A stretch of 64,000 nucleotides of DNA. Source: the human T2T-CHM13v2.0 reference genome, Homo sapiens. Position 1 is the stretch's first letter, and the number at the start of each line of letters is the position of its first letter. The notes below the pieces were generated by a model. That model saw nothing but the letters and a program-made list of their open reading frames with translations. It was not told the DNA's origin and did no database searches. The DNA lies in assembly GCF_009914755.1 (NCBI RefSeq), contig NC_060930.1; one strand, given 5' to 3'. Below, in pieces: positions 14,518-31,295 of the stretch. A program made the position numbers and the translations under genes.

Positions 14518-15710
14518 CTAAATCCCTGTAGAATAATTAATCAACTGTTTTAACTTTGAATTCTCAGTTGGAGAACTCTCATCTCTTTTACTCTTCTCCC
14601 TCCTCAAGAGGGTATCTTTGCGAATGGAGAGAATGCTGAGGTGTGCATGCTGCCTTCTGGATCTTTGGTGCTCTCTGCTATGGAATGACTGTCTTGTCTG
14701 GTCTCTCCTCATACTGCAGCAAAGCCAGCTGAGGAGGGGCTGGTTCATCTTGATAATTTGGGTACCAGGGTTTCTTCCCATGGCTTCCAGTTTTATGGCT
14801 TCTATATACAATGGCTCCTTGTTCTGACTCTTCTGGCTCTCTAGAGAGGATCTCAACTCTCCTGCATTCCTCTGGAGAGTAAAGTACCTACTTTCTCTGC
14901 ACACTGATATATTTGGTTGAAGCTAACTTGAAACCCCTCCCTCAGCTGTGGCTTCTTTCCTGCTGCAGTCTCAGTGCCATGTTGATTTGGCAATATAATC
15001 AATATCAATGCACAGCTTTGCTGAGAGGCAAGAAGTAAGGCCCTCTTACATTGGAATCTCCCCAAAACTTATATAGGTGTGAGTATTTTTCTTCATTTCT
15101 ACCCTGACCCCAAGCCCATGGTGGGATCAACAGTGGGTGGGAGGGGATGGTGATGGCGGAGGTGGAAGTAATCTTGGGAAGGGTTTGGGACAGGACTGCC
15201 CTCGATTTCTCCAATGTTGAAAGTTCCTATCTACTGTGGTCTTTTCCTGCAACATATACTCCACAGTTTTTGCACTATAATTTTAGTATGGTTTTACAAC
15301 TCAAGTCTGCCAGAGTAGGATCATGATACATACAAGGAAGTTTTAAAAATATAGAAAACATTGCTCACTTGCTCTCAACAAAGCCTGGCTCTCAATGCTG
15401 TTGTTTTTTTAATGTTGTTGAAAAGACTAGCTTTTAAGCTCAAACTGAACATTGACTTCTTCATTCTAAGACAATTCCCAACCTATCCTAGGGGTAATGA
15501 ATACTGTTGCTTCACTGGAGCTGTAGAACACCATAATTCAGGAAAATTTTTAAATACCGATGGTTTAAGATTATCCATTATTTCCTACAACTTATACACA
15601 ATGTCTCAATTAAAAGCTAGTTCAAGTAAAAGAAATGAGATGAGAAGAAGTGAGAAGACAGAAAGGAAAAAAGAACAGGGTGCTACAGGGTATTAAAAAT
15701 TGTACCTCTT

Positions 15711-15998
<288 letters not shown>

Positions 15999-16544
15999 TT
16001 ATACCTCTTTTCCTCTTTTCATCTCCTATATTATCTTAACTCTGTTGCAGGTAGAAGACAAGAGAGACAAGAGAGTTATTATTATGGTAGAAAGAACCTC
16101 AAATATAAAACCACCTGTAAGACAACACTTTTGTAGACTTTGTAGGCTAGTTGCCTCATTATCATCTTGCAAGTCATTGTTATTATTGCCACAGATCAAT
16201 CAGAGAAGACGACCCCAAATCAGATATTTCCCCACATTTGATTCTATTGGCTGGTCAAATATAATCCCTTTTGTTAAGATCCATAAGAAGCTAAGATTTC
16301 TGAACTAGAAGTAGTTGGATTTCCATTAGTAAATGATTTCTTTGTATATCACAGACATTGAATCCAGTATCTAGATATGTTCTTTTTTATTACATAGCTG
16401 CTAGAAACCTTAGAGTTCCATTTGCACCTAATCTTTAGAAAGTATTCTTGATTGTACATATTTTTATATTTTTATTTTTCAGTATCTGTATTTGCCTTCA
16501 TTGTCACCATTACTTATAATAATATTGCTACTAGTGGTAGGTGT

Positions 16545-16900
16545 ATAGAGTAGGATAGGTTGGGTTATTCTACAGTAACAAGCAACAATGGAGTATCAGT
16601 GGATTACGATAACAAAAATTTATTTCTTGCTCACACTACAAGCCCATTACAGGTCAGCTCATACTGTTCTATTGCCTTCACTGGGAGGCCAAGGCTGACA
16701 AAACAACTTTTCTCTGGGATATTACTAGAAGGAAACTAAAGATTATAGCAAAGCACATGTTTCATTTTAAAACTTCTGTCTAGGAGTAACACGTCTTCCC
16801 TGCTCACACTTTGCTGCCTAAATCAGCAAGGCAAGGAACTGTACTCTTCCCCAAGAGAAGCCAAGGGACACCAGGGGATAACAATACAGTCAAACAAAAT
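16545..16900 (-). mobile_element. MLT1 (K/L/M-like) LTR
   Basis: gtaggataggttgggttattctacagtaacaag...aatttatttcttgctcacactaca. Confidence 0.6.
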
Positions 16901-19038
16901 AGGTTGCATTTACTTAAGTAATTATTCAATGCATCATTCATGCAATATTTATATATTTAATACTCATCAGACTTCTGTTTGGTATGTACTAGGTTTTTCT
17001 TCATTTTATACATGAACAATAAAGAGTTTAGAGAAACCAAGACATTTGTTCAAAGTTATACAGTTGGTAAGAAACAGAGTTGAGATTGGAATTGGATTTT
17101 TCTGTTCTAAACCCAGTCTTTACTCTTGTATATGGTACCTCTCCTGAGATAAAGAAGGGGGATGCATTTTTAAATACAAGAAACCAATAAGAAGCTGAAT
17201 GATCCACTTTACCACTCCAGTGTTAAGAAAATCCAGTTTGATGGCAGTGAGTTTTCCCCTAACCCTGCTTGAGGAATCAATTGCCAATGAGTCAAAGTAG
17301 CTGCTAATGAGCTAATAATCTCTCAGTGGCAGCTAATTAATCTGCAACCTGGGGGCACCTATCAGTTGGTATTCAGAAGACCAATAAAATAAGGGGTCAA
17401 CTGAGATGGCTCAAAGAGGTCAAAACCAGATTTTTGAAACAGAAAAATTATGTACATTAAATTATATATACAAGAAAGTACCAAAGGGAGAATTAAGATC
17501 AAACATATTGATTGCCTTTGTCTTTTTAAAGACGTCATCCTTTTACACATGAAAACAGAATTGTAGTCATTAGATTAAGTCACTGGCATCCTAATTAGGC
17601 AATCAAAGACTTAACCCATTTTAGAATTGTTGAATAGGCAGCTTAATAGTTTGATAAGTGCCTCTTCTTTCCCATACACTGTGGCCCTTGGTTTCCCACT
17701 GTTATTCTTCAGAGTGATTTCTTATGGCACCACAGAGAGTGGATAATTAAACAAATTTTGGGACACTACTGTGTGTCAGTTCTTGTGCTGGACCTGGATG
17801 TGACAAAAGCCTGGCCTTTATAAAGCTGAAAGCCAAATGGAGGTGACTTAAACATGTAATTACACAAATAACTTTGCAAATCATTATTAGTCTCTGGCAG
17901 CATTGAAGCATTTTGGCAGCACATTCTATTTACACTCTCTTTACTTGGTATCCTGAATTGGAAAGAAAATCAATATGCGAATTTAATTACCTTGACTCTA
18001 ATATTATGATTACACTATACAGTAGAAGGTAGGTATTTGTTAGTCTTGAATGTAACAATTCATGCCACAACAATTATACAGCAAAGATTTGGAAACACAT
18101 TTATCAGAATTGAAAACTTATACATTGAAGCTTGTCATTTTTGAAGGCTTAAATTTTTAAAAAATTTCTCATAAAATTTAAATGATTTAATAATTCATAA
18201 AGCATGTGTCAACATTCAGAAATTATTTTAAATATATTTATAAGTAAACAATAATGTAGGAAAATACCTTTTGTTGATTAAAATTTCTTCCACATTTTCT
18301 TATAAGAACTATAATTATGTTACTAATAGACATCTTTTAAGGTCTATCTTGAAAACAAATAGTGTATCTATTTAAATTATTGAATAAAAAAACTTGAAAT
18401 TTTCTGATTTCCAGACTGTATGACAATGTATTAAGCTCATCTTTGAATGTCTTGATACATACTATGTAGCTTAGAGTAAAAGTTACAGGCCCTCAAACAG
18501 CGGGATAACATAATTTTCATTTTCCTAATGTATACCAGAATCTAAATTGCATCTTTCCTTCATTTGAAACCCAACCATTCAGTTATAGTAAACTGACTTG
18601 ATGGGAAGTTTATCTTAAGACTTATGTAATTTTTGCCCCTTGTGTATCATGCTATTTGGGGAATATATTTTCTGGGGATAACAGTCTTTCAGGTTACCTG
18701 CTGTAACCCTGAGTTTGCATCATGGTAGTAAAATATGCTTCCAATTAAAATTGCCCTATGGGGATACTATTTTTTATGAATTCAGGGTAAAGAATAGCAA
18801 AAGAGTCTAGGCTGTATTTGACAGCTGGGGTAAAGCACCTTGAATCAATAAAATTCTAATTAATTCCATCCTAAGTACTTGCCATTGTTTCACATTGTCA
18901 TGATTCTATATAACTACATTTGGAAACCTCTAATACAGGTGGTTGTCCAGATTAATGCCCAATATTCTTGAAAAAGGCCTACATACTGACAAAAATAACA
19001 TCAAATAAATAAATAATTGCACACAGTTTTTGGGTTCT

Positions 19039-19325
19039 GTTGGAGTGGCTGTGGCAAATTCTTAAAATAAGACAACAAAGTGTGCCACATTGATCTTCCT
19101 TTCATAAAAATAATTCTTCCTTTCATAAAAGACTTCTCTATAGCATGTTATACTGTTTGATAACATTTTACCCACAATAGAACTTCTTTCAAAATTGGAG
19201 TTAATTGGCCAGGTGTGGTGGTTCACACCTGTAATCCCAGCACTTTGGGAGGCTGAGGCAGGTGGATCACCTGAGCTCAGGAGTTCCAAGACCAGCCTGG
19301 CCAACATGGTGAAACCCCATCTCTA
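19039..19325 (+). repeat. 287-bp direct duplicate of 20015-20301 (Tigger1 fragment plus Alu left arm)
   Basis: Ungapped alignment at offset 976 with about 12 mismatches counted by eye. Confidence 0.95.
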
Positions 19326-19713
19326 ACCCATCTGTTTTAGGTGCTTTGAGAGTCAAAAATTTAAAGACATAATTTCTTTTCCTGAATGATGCTCCTAAAA
19401 ATAAGACATATAATTTTAACTTAAGTCGATGTAGACCAGGGTTTATGGAAGTTCTATTCTTAAATACATGAATTTACTTTTTTACAACAATGATCCAACC
19501 ATGCACAAACTATTCCCTTTGTTGAACTCTGAATAATGCTAAGCCTGCTAAACATTTTACAGAGTCAAGTAAAATCTGATTGAGTAATTTATCTTTATTT
19601 TTCTTTATTCTTTTCTAAGCACAGTCGTTCAGTTTCCTCCATATTCAGTATATCATTCACTGCAAAGCAGGACATATTAATATGTTACACAAAGTCATAT
19701 TAATTATTTAATA

Positions 19714-22362
<2,649 letters not shown>

Positions 22363-23413
22363 TATTTGGTCTTTATGCTTTTCTAGTTTGTTATTATACC
22401 CTATTTTTTTCCTGGATCATATTTTACAGCTTTACCTACCGATTCACATCTCAGTATACATATCTAAATATATAGTAATTTTTCTTTTGCTATACTTGCT
22501 AGAGCCCCTAGCCTCCAGTAGAATATCAACTGTATGGCCAATAATGGGGAAGGAGTTGGAAATTCATCCCCTTCCTTCCACTACAAGAATCTCAAGGTAA
22601 TTCAAAAATTTTAAAAGATGGTTATGAAGATGGTCATCATTCCAAATGCTCCTTAGCAGCCAGACAATTGGAGGAAGGAAAAAAAAAGTCTCTTTCCTTT
22701 ATATTTATTCAGTCCTAAGGAATACAAGTGTTGTTTGAGAAACATTTATTGAACTAATGATATCATATCATATAGTAAAATTCCTGTTAAGTAATTTTTG
22801 TCTTTTGTAATTTATGACTTATTTTATTAAACAAATACATAAGTGGGTGAGTGATTGTTGTGTCTCAAACACTAACCACAAGATCATAGATAGTTGAAGC
22901 TCTAAACATAATGTCCAAGCATTTGTCTAAATGAATTCTTTGCAAATTATAATTAATGAGCTTCTTAATTGGACATCCAGATTCCTCCATTTTCCCCTGT
23001 GCTTCAACCACATTAGCCTACTTTCAATTTCCAGAAATGCATCACGCTTCCTCCTTCCAGAGGGTTCTTCCACATGTGTTCCTTTCACAAGAAATGTTTT
23101 CTCCCCTTCCTCTTCTACTATTTAACACCTTGCTCTTCTTTCAGATCTCATCTCATGAATCATGTCCTTTGCATGGACGTGTTTTGTTATATTCTAGAGA
23201 ATATGATGAATTTAAAGAAAGATGAACTTCTCCTTCATAACACTTATTACAAGTGCAATTGTGCTTTTTATGCCAATGTCTATCTTCCTCAAGTTTACTT
23301 ATCTTGTTTTGACTCACTATTTGTCCTCAAATTCTAGCATCTATAGACCATCATGTACCATTTATAGATTTATTTATAACATCAGTTCTCAGATCTTCGC
23401 CACAACACCCAAG

Positions 23414-23476
23414 TTAGAGAAAAATGAACTTAGAGAAAGATGAACTTCTTAGAGAAAGATGAACTTAGAGAAAGAA
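23414..23476 (+). repeat. Short minisatellite, ~3.5 copies of TTAGAGAAAGATGAAC, inside an L2
   Basis: Directly visible. Confidence 0.85.
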
Positions 23477-24009
23477 CTTCTCCTTCATAGCATTTATTAC
23501 AAGTGCAATTGTCATTGTATCATAATTTCTGTGATTCCCCCATTAGGCCATTCCATAAAGAACCATTGATAAGTTTATTCATTGTTACATCCCTAGCACA
23601 TAGCACATCCTTGCTCCTACTTGGTAAGGTTGACTTAAATAGTTGCTTTACCAGGATTCAGTCTCATCCATTTTCATACATAGAATTATGATTTTGTTTG
23701 GTGTGGCAATACACTTAAATACAATTCTTGAAATCCCAGACTCTTTAACAACTAAGTGATGAGTTGTGATGTGACACAGTTATGGCCAATGAAACTCAGG
23801 GTTCCTGGGAAACCAATAATTTGAGATAGACAGCAAGATTGCTATTGTTCCTTCTTCTGGCCTTGAACGTAAATGTAAAGTTTGAGTGGCAGCTATCTTG
23901 GAGCCGTTAGGAAATTAGTACGAAGATGAAAGCTAACCTGTTCCCAAGCTAATGAGGATGATGAAGCAGAAAGATGGTGTTTATTATAGAGTGCTATAAA
24001 CACTCACAT

Positions 24010-24370
24010 TGACAGAATGGACCTCCCCACAAAACTGGCTCAGATGTTGAAACTGATAATGCCACACACATACCAAGAGGGTATGAAGAGGTAAATTACT
24101 CATGTATTAAACATTCTGGAAAGAATAGGGTAGAAAGCAAAGCAGATCCAAAAATAGCTTGAGTGAAGGAAGGAGCGAGTGTCTCTGGACTTTATTGGCT
24201 GGGGAATAAAGCCAAGGTGAGGATTCCTGCATAGTTTGAACTTTCCTGCTGGTGATCATGTAGTGGTTTGAGCTTCCTCACCAGTACTAATGGAGGGAGT
24301 ACCTGGGCTTTCTTACCTTCTTGATCACATGTAGCACAGAAAGAGAAGGAGACCTGAAAGTTGTCGGTGG
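24010..24370 (-). mobile_element. ERVL-type LTR fragment (MER74/MER88/LTR47-like)
   Basis: gaaactgataatgccacacacataccaagagggtatgaagagg...attactca motif. Confidence 0.55.
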
Positions 24371-26149
24371 TTACCTGTGCTTGTTACACAGGGCATTAGG
24401 ACAATAACTGAAGCCATGTACTCTGTATTCTTATTACTTGCAGGTAAACACAATCCTAACTGTACAGTAAGTGCTCAATAAATATTTTTTAAATGATGAA
24501 GAAATGAATGGGAATTTATAAAGTAGTCAATGGCTTAGACTTTCAGTGTCTCAATTTGTCGTGTGTGTGTGTGTGCGCACATTATGCTCTTTAACTTTGG
24601 TGTTGTGGCAAAGATATGAGAACTGATATTATAAACCTATGAATAGTACCTGATTGTCTACAGATGTTAGAATTTGAGGACAAATAGTCAAAACCAAGAT
24701 AAATAATCTTGAGGAAGATAGAAATTGACATAAAAATAGACAAGTACATAGAAGTATATAATTTGCCAGAAAGAAATATAATTAAGCTTAACTAAATTCT
24801 TTTAGAAACTCCTTTATATTTTTCCACTTAAGTATCATTGATCCCCAATAATATAGATAATATAGGCTGGTCTAGATCTTGGGCTCCACAAGTCTTACCT
24901 GGAAGACCCTGTCAAGTACATCAGATATACTTTAGAGTTACCCAGTTGCATCTAGTCATTTGACCTGTGCATCTAAACCTGTCAACTTACAGAGTGCACA
25001 CACAACTTGCACTGAATTACCTTCTCAGCACTGCAGTATAATATCCATCAAGACAGGCATTGTGTCTGCCTTATTTACCATTGAAATGTGAGAACGTAGC
25101 AAAATGTTTATTTTACACATATGCACAAGAAACATTTGTTAATGAACAAAATTATTCTGAATCTGATAGGCAAATAAGAACTCTGATTTGTATTTGTGTT
25201 ATTTAAATTATTTTCAGAAGAACTTACAAGTTCATTCACAGTTTATTACCTTGTATGTGAGACTAGTCTAGCAAGAGTGGTTCAAACATCAGCTATATTT
25301 TGGCTACTTATGCTTTGCTAGGACTCCCCATCTTCAGGTATTTAAAATAGTAATTAAAATGGAAAATTTCAAGAGGTCCCTTAAGAGGAAGTACACTCCC
25401 AAATCAGGAAAATAAAGGCATAGCTTTTCAAAACAGAATAATTTAGGTTATTCAGAACAGGGCTTATATTTTACCATACACATCTTAATAGCAACTAAAA
25501 TTATTACTAAAGCTTATAATAACATTCCCAATATCTCAAGACAGCAAAGTCATGTTAATTACTTTTGAAATGCTATAATGTGTTAGACATCATGAGAAAT
25601 ACTAGGGATATACAGGTATATATTATACAGTTTCTGCATTTTAGAAGCTCATAGTCAAGTGAGCAAGACTAACACATAGCAAATAATCACACAAAAGAGT
25701 GATCAAATTTGAACAAATTGCCTTGGGAAAGTGCTGGGTGAGTACAAGATACTTCAGGGAGAAGAAGAAATGAATATAAAGAAAGAAAGGAACTGAAAAC
25801 TATTGATTTGTTTTGAGGGGGGTTGAACAGAGGTGATGAAAGGGAGGATAGAAGTAGATACCAGGAAATTATGCTAGGTAGTATATAGAATCTACATTAG
25901 GATTGGCCCTGTGTACCACAAAGAGCTTATAAACTGGGGGAAAATAAGTTATATCTGATTTAAACAAGATAAGTCTGACCACAACAATACTTCCTACAGA
26001 AATGTTTATTCTTTAAATAGTTGGGATATAAAGTGGAAACTTCACTTATCTGGGAATCACATATATTTAATAGTTCATCTTTATTTAGATAAAGAACATG
26101 GTATTATATATGGGTTATAAGAAATTTAAAAGTAAAATATGATTTTTAA

Positions 26150-26612
26150 ACTAATACAGAAGTGAATGATACCTTTCCAAAATTATTGCCTTGCAACTCT
26201 AGACAACTATTCAAATATTCTGCCAGTAAAGCAAATGTGTTTATTTACTGCTCACTGAAATTGTCTCAGAAACATTTGACATATTCTTTTGAATTACCTG
26301 TGAAGTAGAAATTTGTTTTTTCTTTTTCAGCCTGGATTTGATTTTTAGAAATAACTGAATGTCATTTGGACAAAAATCTGGTGTGAATAAAGTAGACAAA
26401 TAAATTGATAAATACATGTTAACTAAATTAACAGGAAAAATATGGTTAATACTGTCTTTGTTAACAATATTAGAACAATATAAAAAAATGACTCTATAGT
26501 AGTGACATTTAGTTTCTTTTATGGAAGAGACTCAATGTAATTCCAATTCTGAAAGATAATGTCATTAACATGAATGCATAGCTTCCCAAAATGACAACTT
26601 TGAAGGACAACC
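26150..26612. mobile_element. Ancient mariner-derived element (MARNA-like)
   Basis: End ...gcatagcttcccaaaatgacaactttgaaggacaac resembles the mariner/MARNA 3' region. Confidence 0.5.
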
Positions 26613-26716
26613 ATGACTGCAAACATTAAATACCCAATAAAAATGGTGTACTGTTATAGAAATGCAGAAGGTTCAGGGAAGAGCCTCTAATCAGTTAGTG
26701 GTAAAAGAAAATTTCC

Positions 26717-27073
<357 letters not shown>

Positions 27074-28369
27074 TTAATGTCTAGATGGACATAAACCCCT
27101 TACAGAAACATACCTATCCCCACTTACGCTCTTAGCATTTGTTATCACATGTTTCTCACTTCTTCCTCATGCCCATAATTCTAGCCTGAACTACTTTGGT
27201 CTTCAAATTCTTTGCAGATGTTTACAGTTGAGAAAAACAAAGACATACTGTTCTTTGATTAAAGGAAGGTCCATAGATATGTTTTCCTTTATACTAATGT
27301 GATAGGTACTGAGCATACAAGCTGTTATAAGGAGACAGACATTGGCACTCTACAGCTTCCCTTCACCTCTGGAGTATACACACATTTACAGTACAAATTT
27401 TGTGAGCTGACTACCAGATAATTCGGTTTTATCTAAACGAAGCTACTACGAAAAGCAGTCAGTGATTCCTTGTAATTCTGTGGACCCCTCTGAATGCTGC
27501 TGGAATGTCTGCCCAACAATCCAATATACTGGTATTAGTGTACAGATAGTGAGAGGTCACTGTGAAAACCTTCTGACTGAAGCCACCTTTTCAGGATTCA
27601 TATAATTCAGGATAATGATCTGGCTGGCTACCTATGATATTTTGCTCTGCTTTACTAATGACAGGAGGCTTAAATAACCATCTGGAGAAGGAAAGTTTAG
27701 ATGGGATGATCATCAGAAGTTTTGATTTATTTCCTATTAATTCCTAGAGGAGCATAATCCCTTTTAAGTTTCATACTATGGCTCAAGTCAAAGGAAAGAC
27801 AACCCTCATGGAAGAAAATAATACTTCAACTAAGCACACGGTTCTACTTTATAATGGAACCAGGAAGAATAAGAAGAAAGCAGAAGCTTTCTAGGTAGTC
27901 CACCAAATAAATACAACTCATATAAAAATAGATATCAAAATCTATCTGCTCACCTGTCCAACTGCCAAAAGACTGACACAATTTCCTAATGTTCATGAAA
28001 TTTTTGACTTTAGATGATACAGGATATAGAGTCCAAGCCTACTGTGATATTTCTTAGATAAGTGTACTCAGAAAAAGTCTCAAAACAAGTTCCTGTAGCA
28101 AACTACTGTCATATGAAATGCAGAAAAGAATTAGCTCAGCACACATACCTCAGGGGTATAGCATAATAAGGAAAGCATGGGACTCTGGTGCCAATTTAAG
28201 ACTATGTGGTCCTGGAGTTTGATGACGAGCGGCCTTTTTGGGGATTATTGCAGGCCCTTTAAGACAACACACACTTTACATGGAACAGGATATAGAAAGA
28301 GAGCCTCTCTAATTGTTAACTCTCAGTGGAGGGGAAGTTCCACTCCATGGCAGTGCCATAGGAAAGGAT

Positions 28370-28630
28370 AATAAAAATTATGATTGTTAACATTTATTGA
28401 TTACTTTCTAAGTACCAGGCGCTTTGCCAAACACTTATAAGCATTATTTCATGAAATCCTTCCAATAGCTGTATAAATAAAGGTTATTATCATCTGAGTT
28501 TTACAGGTGAAGGAAGTGAGGTTTGAAATTAGGTTTAAAGACCTTAGGTAAATTGAACGAGTTTGCATAGCCATTGAGTAATAGAGCCAAGACTCAAAAC
28601 TCGATTGTGTGCTTCCAGAGCCTAAGATCA
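28370..28630 (-). mobile_element. MIR SINE
   Basis: aacatttattga...ttttacaggtgaaggaagtgaggttt...agagccaagactcaaaactc. Confidence 0.75.
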
Positions 28631-29152
28631 GTTGATGCCAAAGAAGAATCGATAGAACCCTGGTGGAATTTTTCTCAGACTCAAGCCTCCTGGAGAAAAT
28701 CCTAATGATGAGTCTATTCATATGCCTCTTACAACTTACGAAGCTGGGAAACACAGTCAAGGGAAAGAATGTGGCAGAGGACATTGACATCTGTTTTTAT
28801 ACTTCATTCCTCTCTTGAAAGCACTGTTCACATTGGAAATGTAGGCTGGAAATGCATGCCTATTTGGATTACATGAGTGCTAGTTCAAAATGATGCTTTG
28901 TTGTGTGGATATAGGGCATACAATAAGCTAAATCGTATCCATTTTTCTCTTCTACCAATTACAAGTGTGGTAAAATCACTGCCTTAGAAGGTCAGTGATT
29001 CTCAAACTTTAGGGTTCCTCAGAATCCCCTGGAGGATCTGTAAAAACACAGATTACTGGGCCTTAACCCAGAGCTTCTGATTTAGTACATCTACGTTGGA
29101 GTTTGAGAATTTGCATCTCTAGTGAATCCTAATTTGAATTCTAATGAGTTGG

Positions 29153-29534
29153 TTATGTAGTTTGCTTATGTATTCCCTCTAAATCTCATGTTGAACTGTA
29201 ACCCTCAGTGTCGGAGGTGAGCCCTGGTGAAAGGTGATTGGATCACGCGGGTGGATTTCTAATGGATGGTTTAACATCCTCTTGGTGCTGTCCTGGTGAT
29301 AGTTGTTGTAAAGTGTGGTACCTCCTCCCTATTCTCTCTCTTGCTCCTGTTTTTGCCATGTAAAGTGCTGGCTCTTGCTTCACCTTCCACCATGAGTAAA
29401 AACCTCCTGAGGCCCTCCCAGAAGCAGATGTTGGTGCTATGCTTCCTGTACAGCCTGCAGAACCATGAGGTTCAACCTCTTTTCTTATAAATTACCTAGT
29501 CTTAGGTATAGCAAGGCAAGGATGAGCTAATACA
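29153..29534 (+). mobile_element. MST (MSTA/B) solo LTR, within a MER5A
   Basis: ctaaatctcatgttgaactgtaacc...gagctaataca; perfect TSD gttgg (29148-29152 / 29535-29539). Confidence 0.88.
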
Positions 29535-30639
29535 GTTGGTGTCCTCTTACTGTCCTTTATCTCTGTAGTATACACAGATTCACAATCTGGATTTTATAAC
29601 TGACTCTGAGATGATGCAGTTTTCTCTGGATGAAGCTCCTAAGAAAAGCAGGCCATTTTGCTGCTGCTGCTGCTCCTGGGATTACACTTTCAAAACCATT
29701 GCTCTAAATTGGAGATTTTCAACTAAACTTGCACACGAGAATTGCCTTATATACATTTTTTTTTAAAATGTTGATGCTTGAAGTACTACTCCAGACGAAT
29801 TAAATCAAAATATCCGAGGGTGAAGTTCAGGCATCAATATTGCTAAACTCCTCTCCCGTCATCCACTGATTAATCTAATGTACAACATGAATTGAGATCA
29901 CAGAGAATAAGTTTGCTTATGTGTCAGTGACAGAAAATTAAGAGTATGTCTCTGCTAAGACTTGACTCTGAAATATCTATAAGTTACTAAAGGAATTTAA
30001 GGAATACTGAAGTAATAAGGTCTTGATATCAAGTCATTATGAAATTTTTATCTCTTAGTAATATAGATAACAGCTGATATAACAGGCTCGCTTTTCTTCG
30101 ATGACATGTACAGTGGACTTTTAAATAGGCAATGCAGTTCTTGTTTCTTTGATAGAGAAGAGACAGGTTACAGAAGTTTGAGAAAACTAAATTTTTCTGG
30201 CCATTTCTGGAATGGTGTATTATGTATGCATGTGTGCGTGCCCGTGTGCATGTGTGTAAGACACACAGAAAGCAATGGCATGCCCATAGCAAAGCTGATT
30301 AGATGCTATTATAGCTGTTGCCTCTTTACCTCAGGAAGGTTTTTGTTGTTATTGATATTGTCCATTTGTTGTTATCAATTCCAGCAGTTTCACTTTTACT
30401 TTATTCTGCTTAAAAAGATATGTATTTCCCTTACAATTTTGGTTTATCCAACATTTCTTAACAACCTCTTTGGTGTATACAGGCATTCATTCCTTAATTC
30501 AATCATTCAACATATAAACTGGAACAAATAAACCTTAAAAATCTATTAAGGGCTCAGGAAATATATATGTATATATTCAGAAAACAGAGTTCATGCAGAA
30601 TAGTTTCCTTCCTTCAATTCCCAAATGTCTGAATTAAAC

Positions 30640-31130
30640 CCGTTTCTATTCTTCACTCTAACATTTATTGGTATTTAGTGCTAGACCCTAGCACTATGTT
30701 CTGGGCACTGCGGAACTAAGAGTGAAGAAGATAGCAAACCCCTTGCTCTCAGGTGTATATATTCTGTTGGAAAAAGAAAGAATAAACAAACAAGAAGGTA
30801 AAAATTCTATAATTAATAATTAGTTGATGTGAGAGAATGTAACAGGACTTACTTTAAACTGAGTTGTCCAGGAAGATTCATTAAGGAGGTAAAATTTATG
30901 CTGAGACCTCAATGACAAGAGGGAGCCAAACATGCCCAGGGAAAGAGCCAGGGAAACAGACACAGAAAAAAACTAAGGTAAAGGACCTGAGATGGATCTG
31001 AGTGTGCCTTGTTCCAAAAACAGAGAAGACAGTGGGGTAGACTACAGTGCACAAAGTGAAAAATGGTACAAGAATTTTGAATATATATGAAGCTCGAGAT
31101 GCCTGTTGGATACCCAAGAGGAGGTATCAA
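30640..31130 (-). mobile_element. L2a fragment
   Basis: aacatttattgg...ctatgttctgggcactg...gttgtccaggaagattcattaaggaggtaaaattt. Confidence 0.75.
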
Positions 31131-31134
31131 ATAG

Positions 31135-31295
31135 GCAAGTGCCTCTCAAAGTTAATTTGCATATGAGTCACGTAAGGATCTTGTTTAAAATGCAAACTGT
31201 GATGCAATGGGTATGGAGTGAAGGCTCAGATTCTATTTCTCAAAAGGTCCCAGGGGATTATCCTGCTGGTCTTGGACCACATGTTGAGTTGCAAG
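31135..31295. mobile_element. MER5A1-like DNA transposon
   Basis: ggatcttgtttaaaatgca...ggtcttggaccacatgttgagttgcaag. Confidence 0.65.

Noticed and set aside
23414-23476. Repeated 16-mers as a CRISPR-like array
   Set aside because: The units are head-to-tail without spacers, in primate DNA, with no cas genes.
30106-30531. 141-aa plus-strand ORF (also the 150-aa ORF at 52433-52885)
   Set aside because: Low-complexity or Alu-containing, with no recognisable domain or splice structure.
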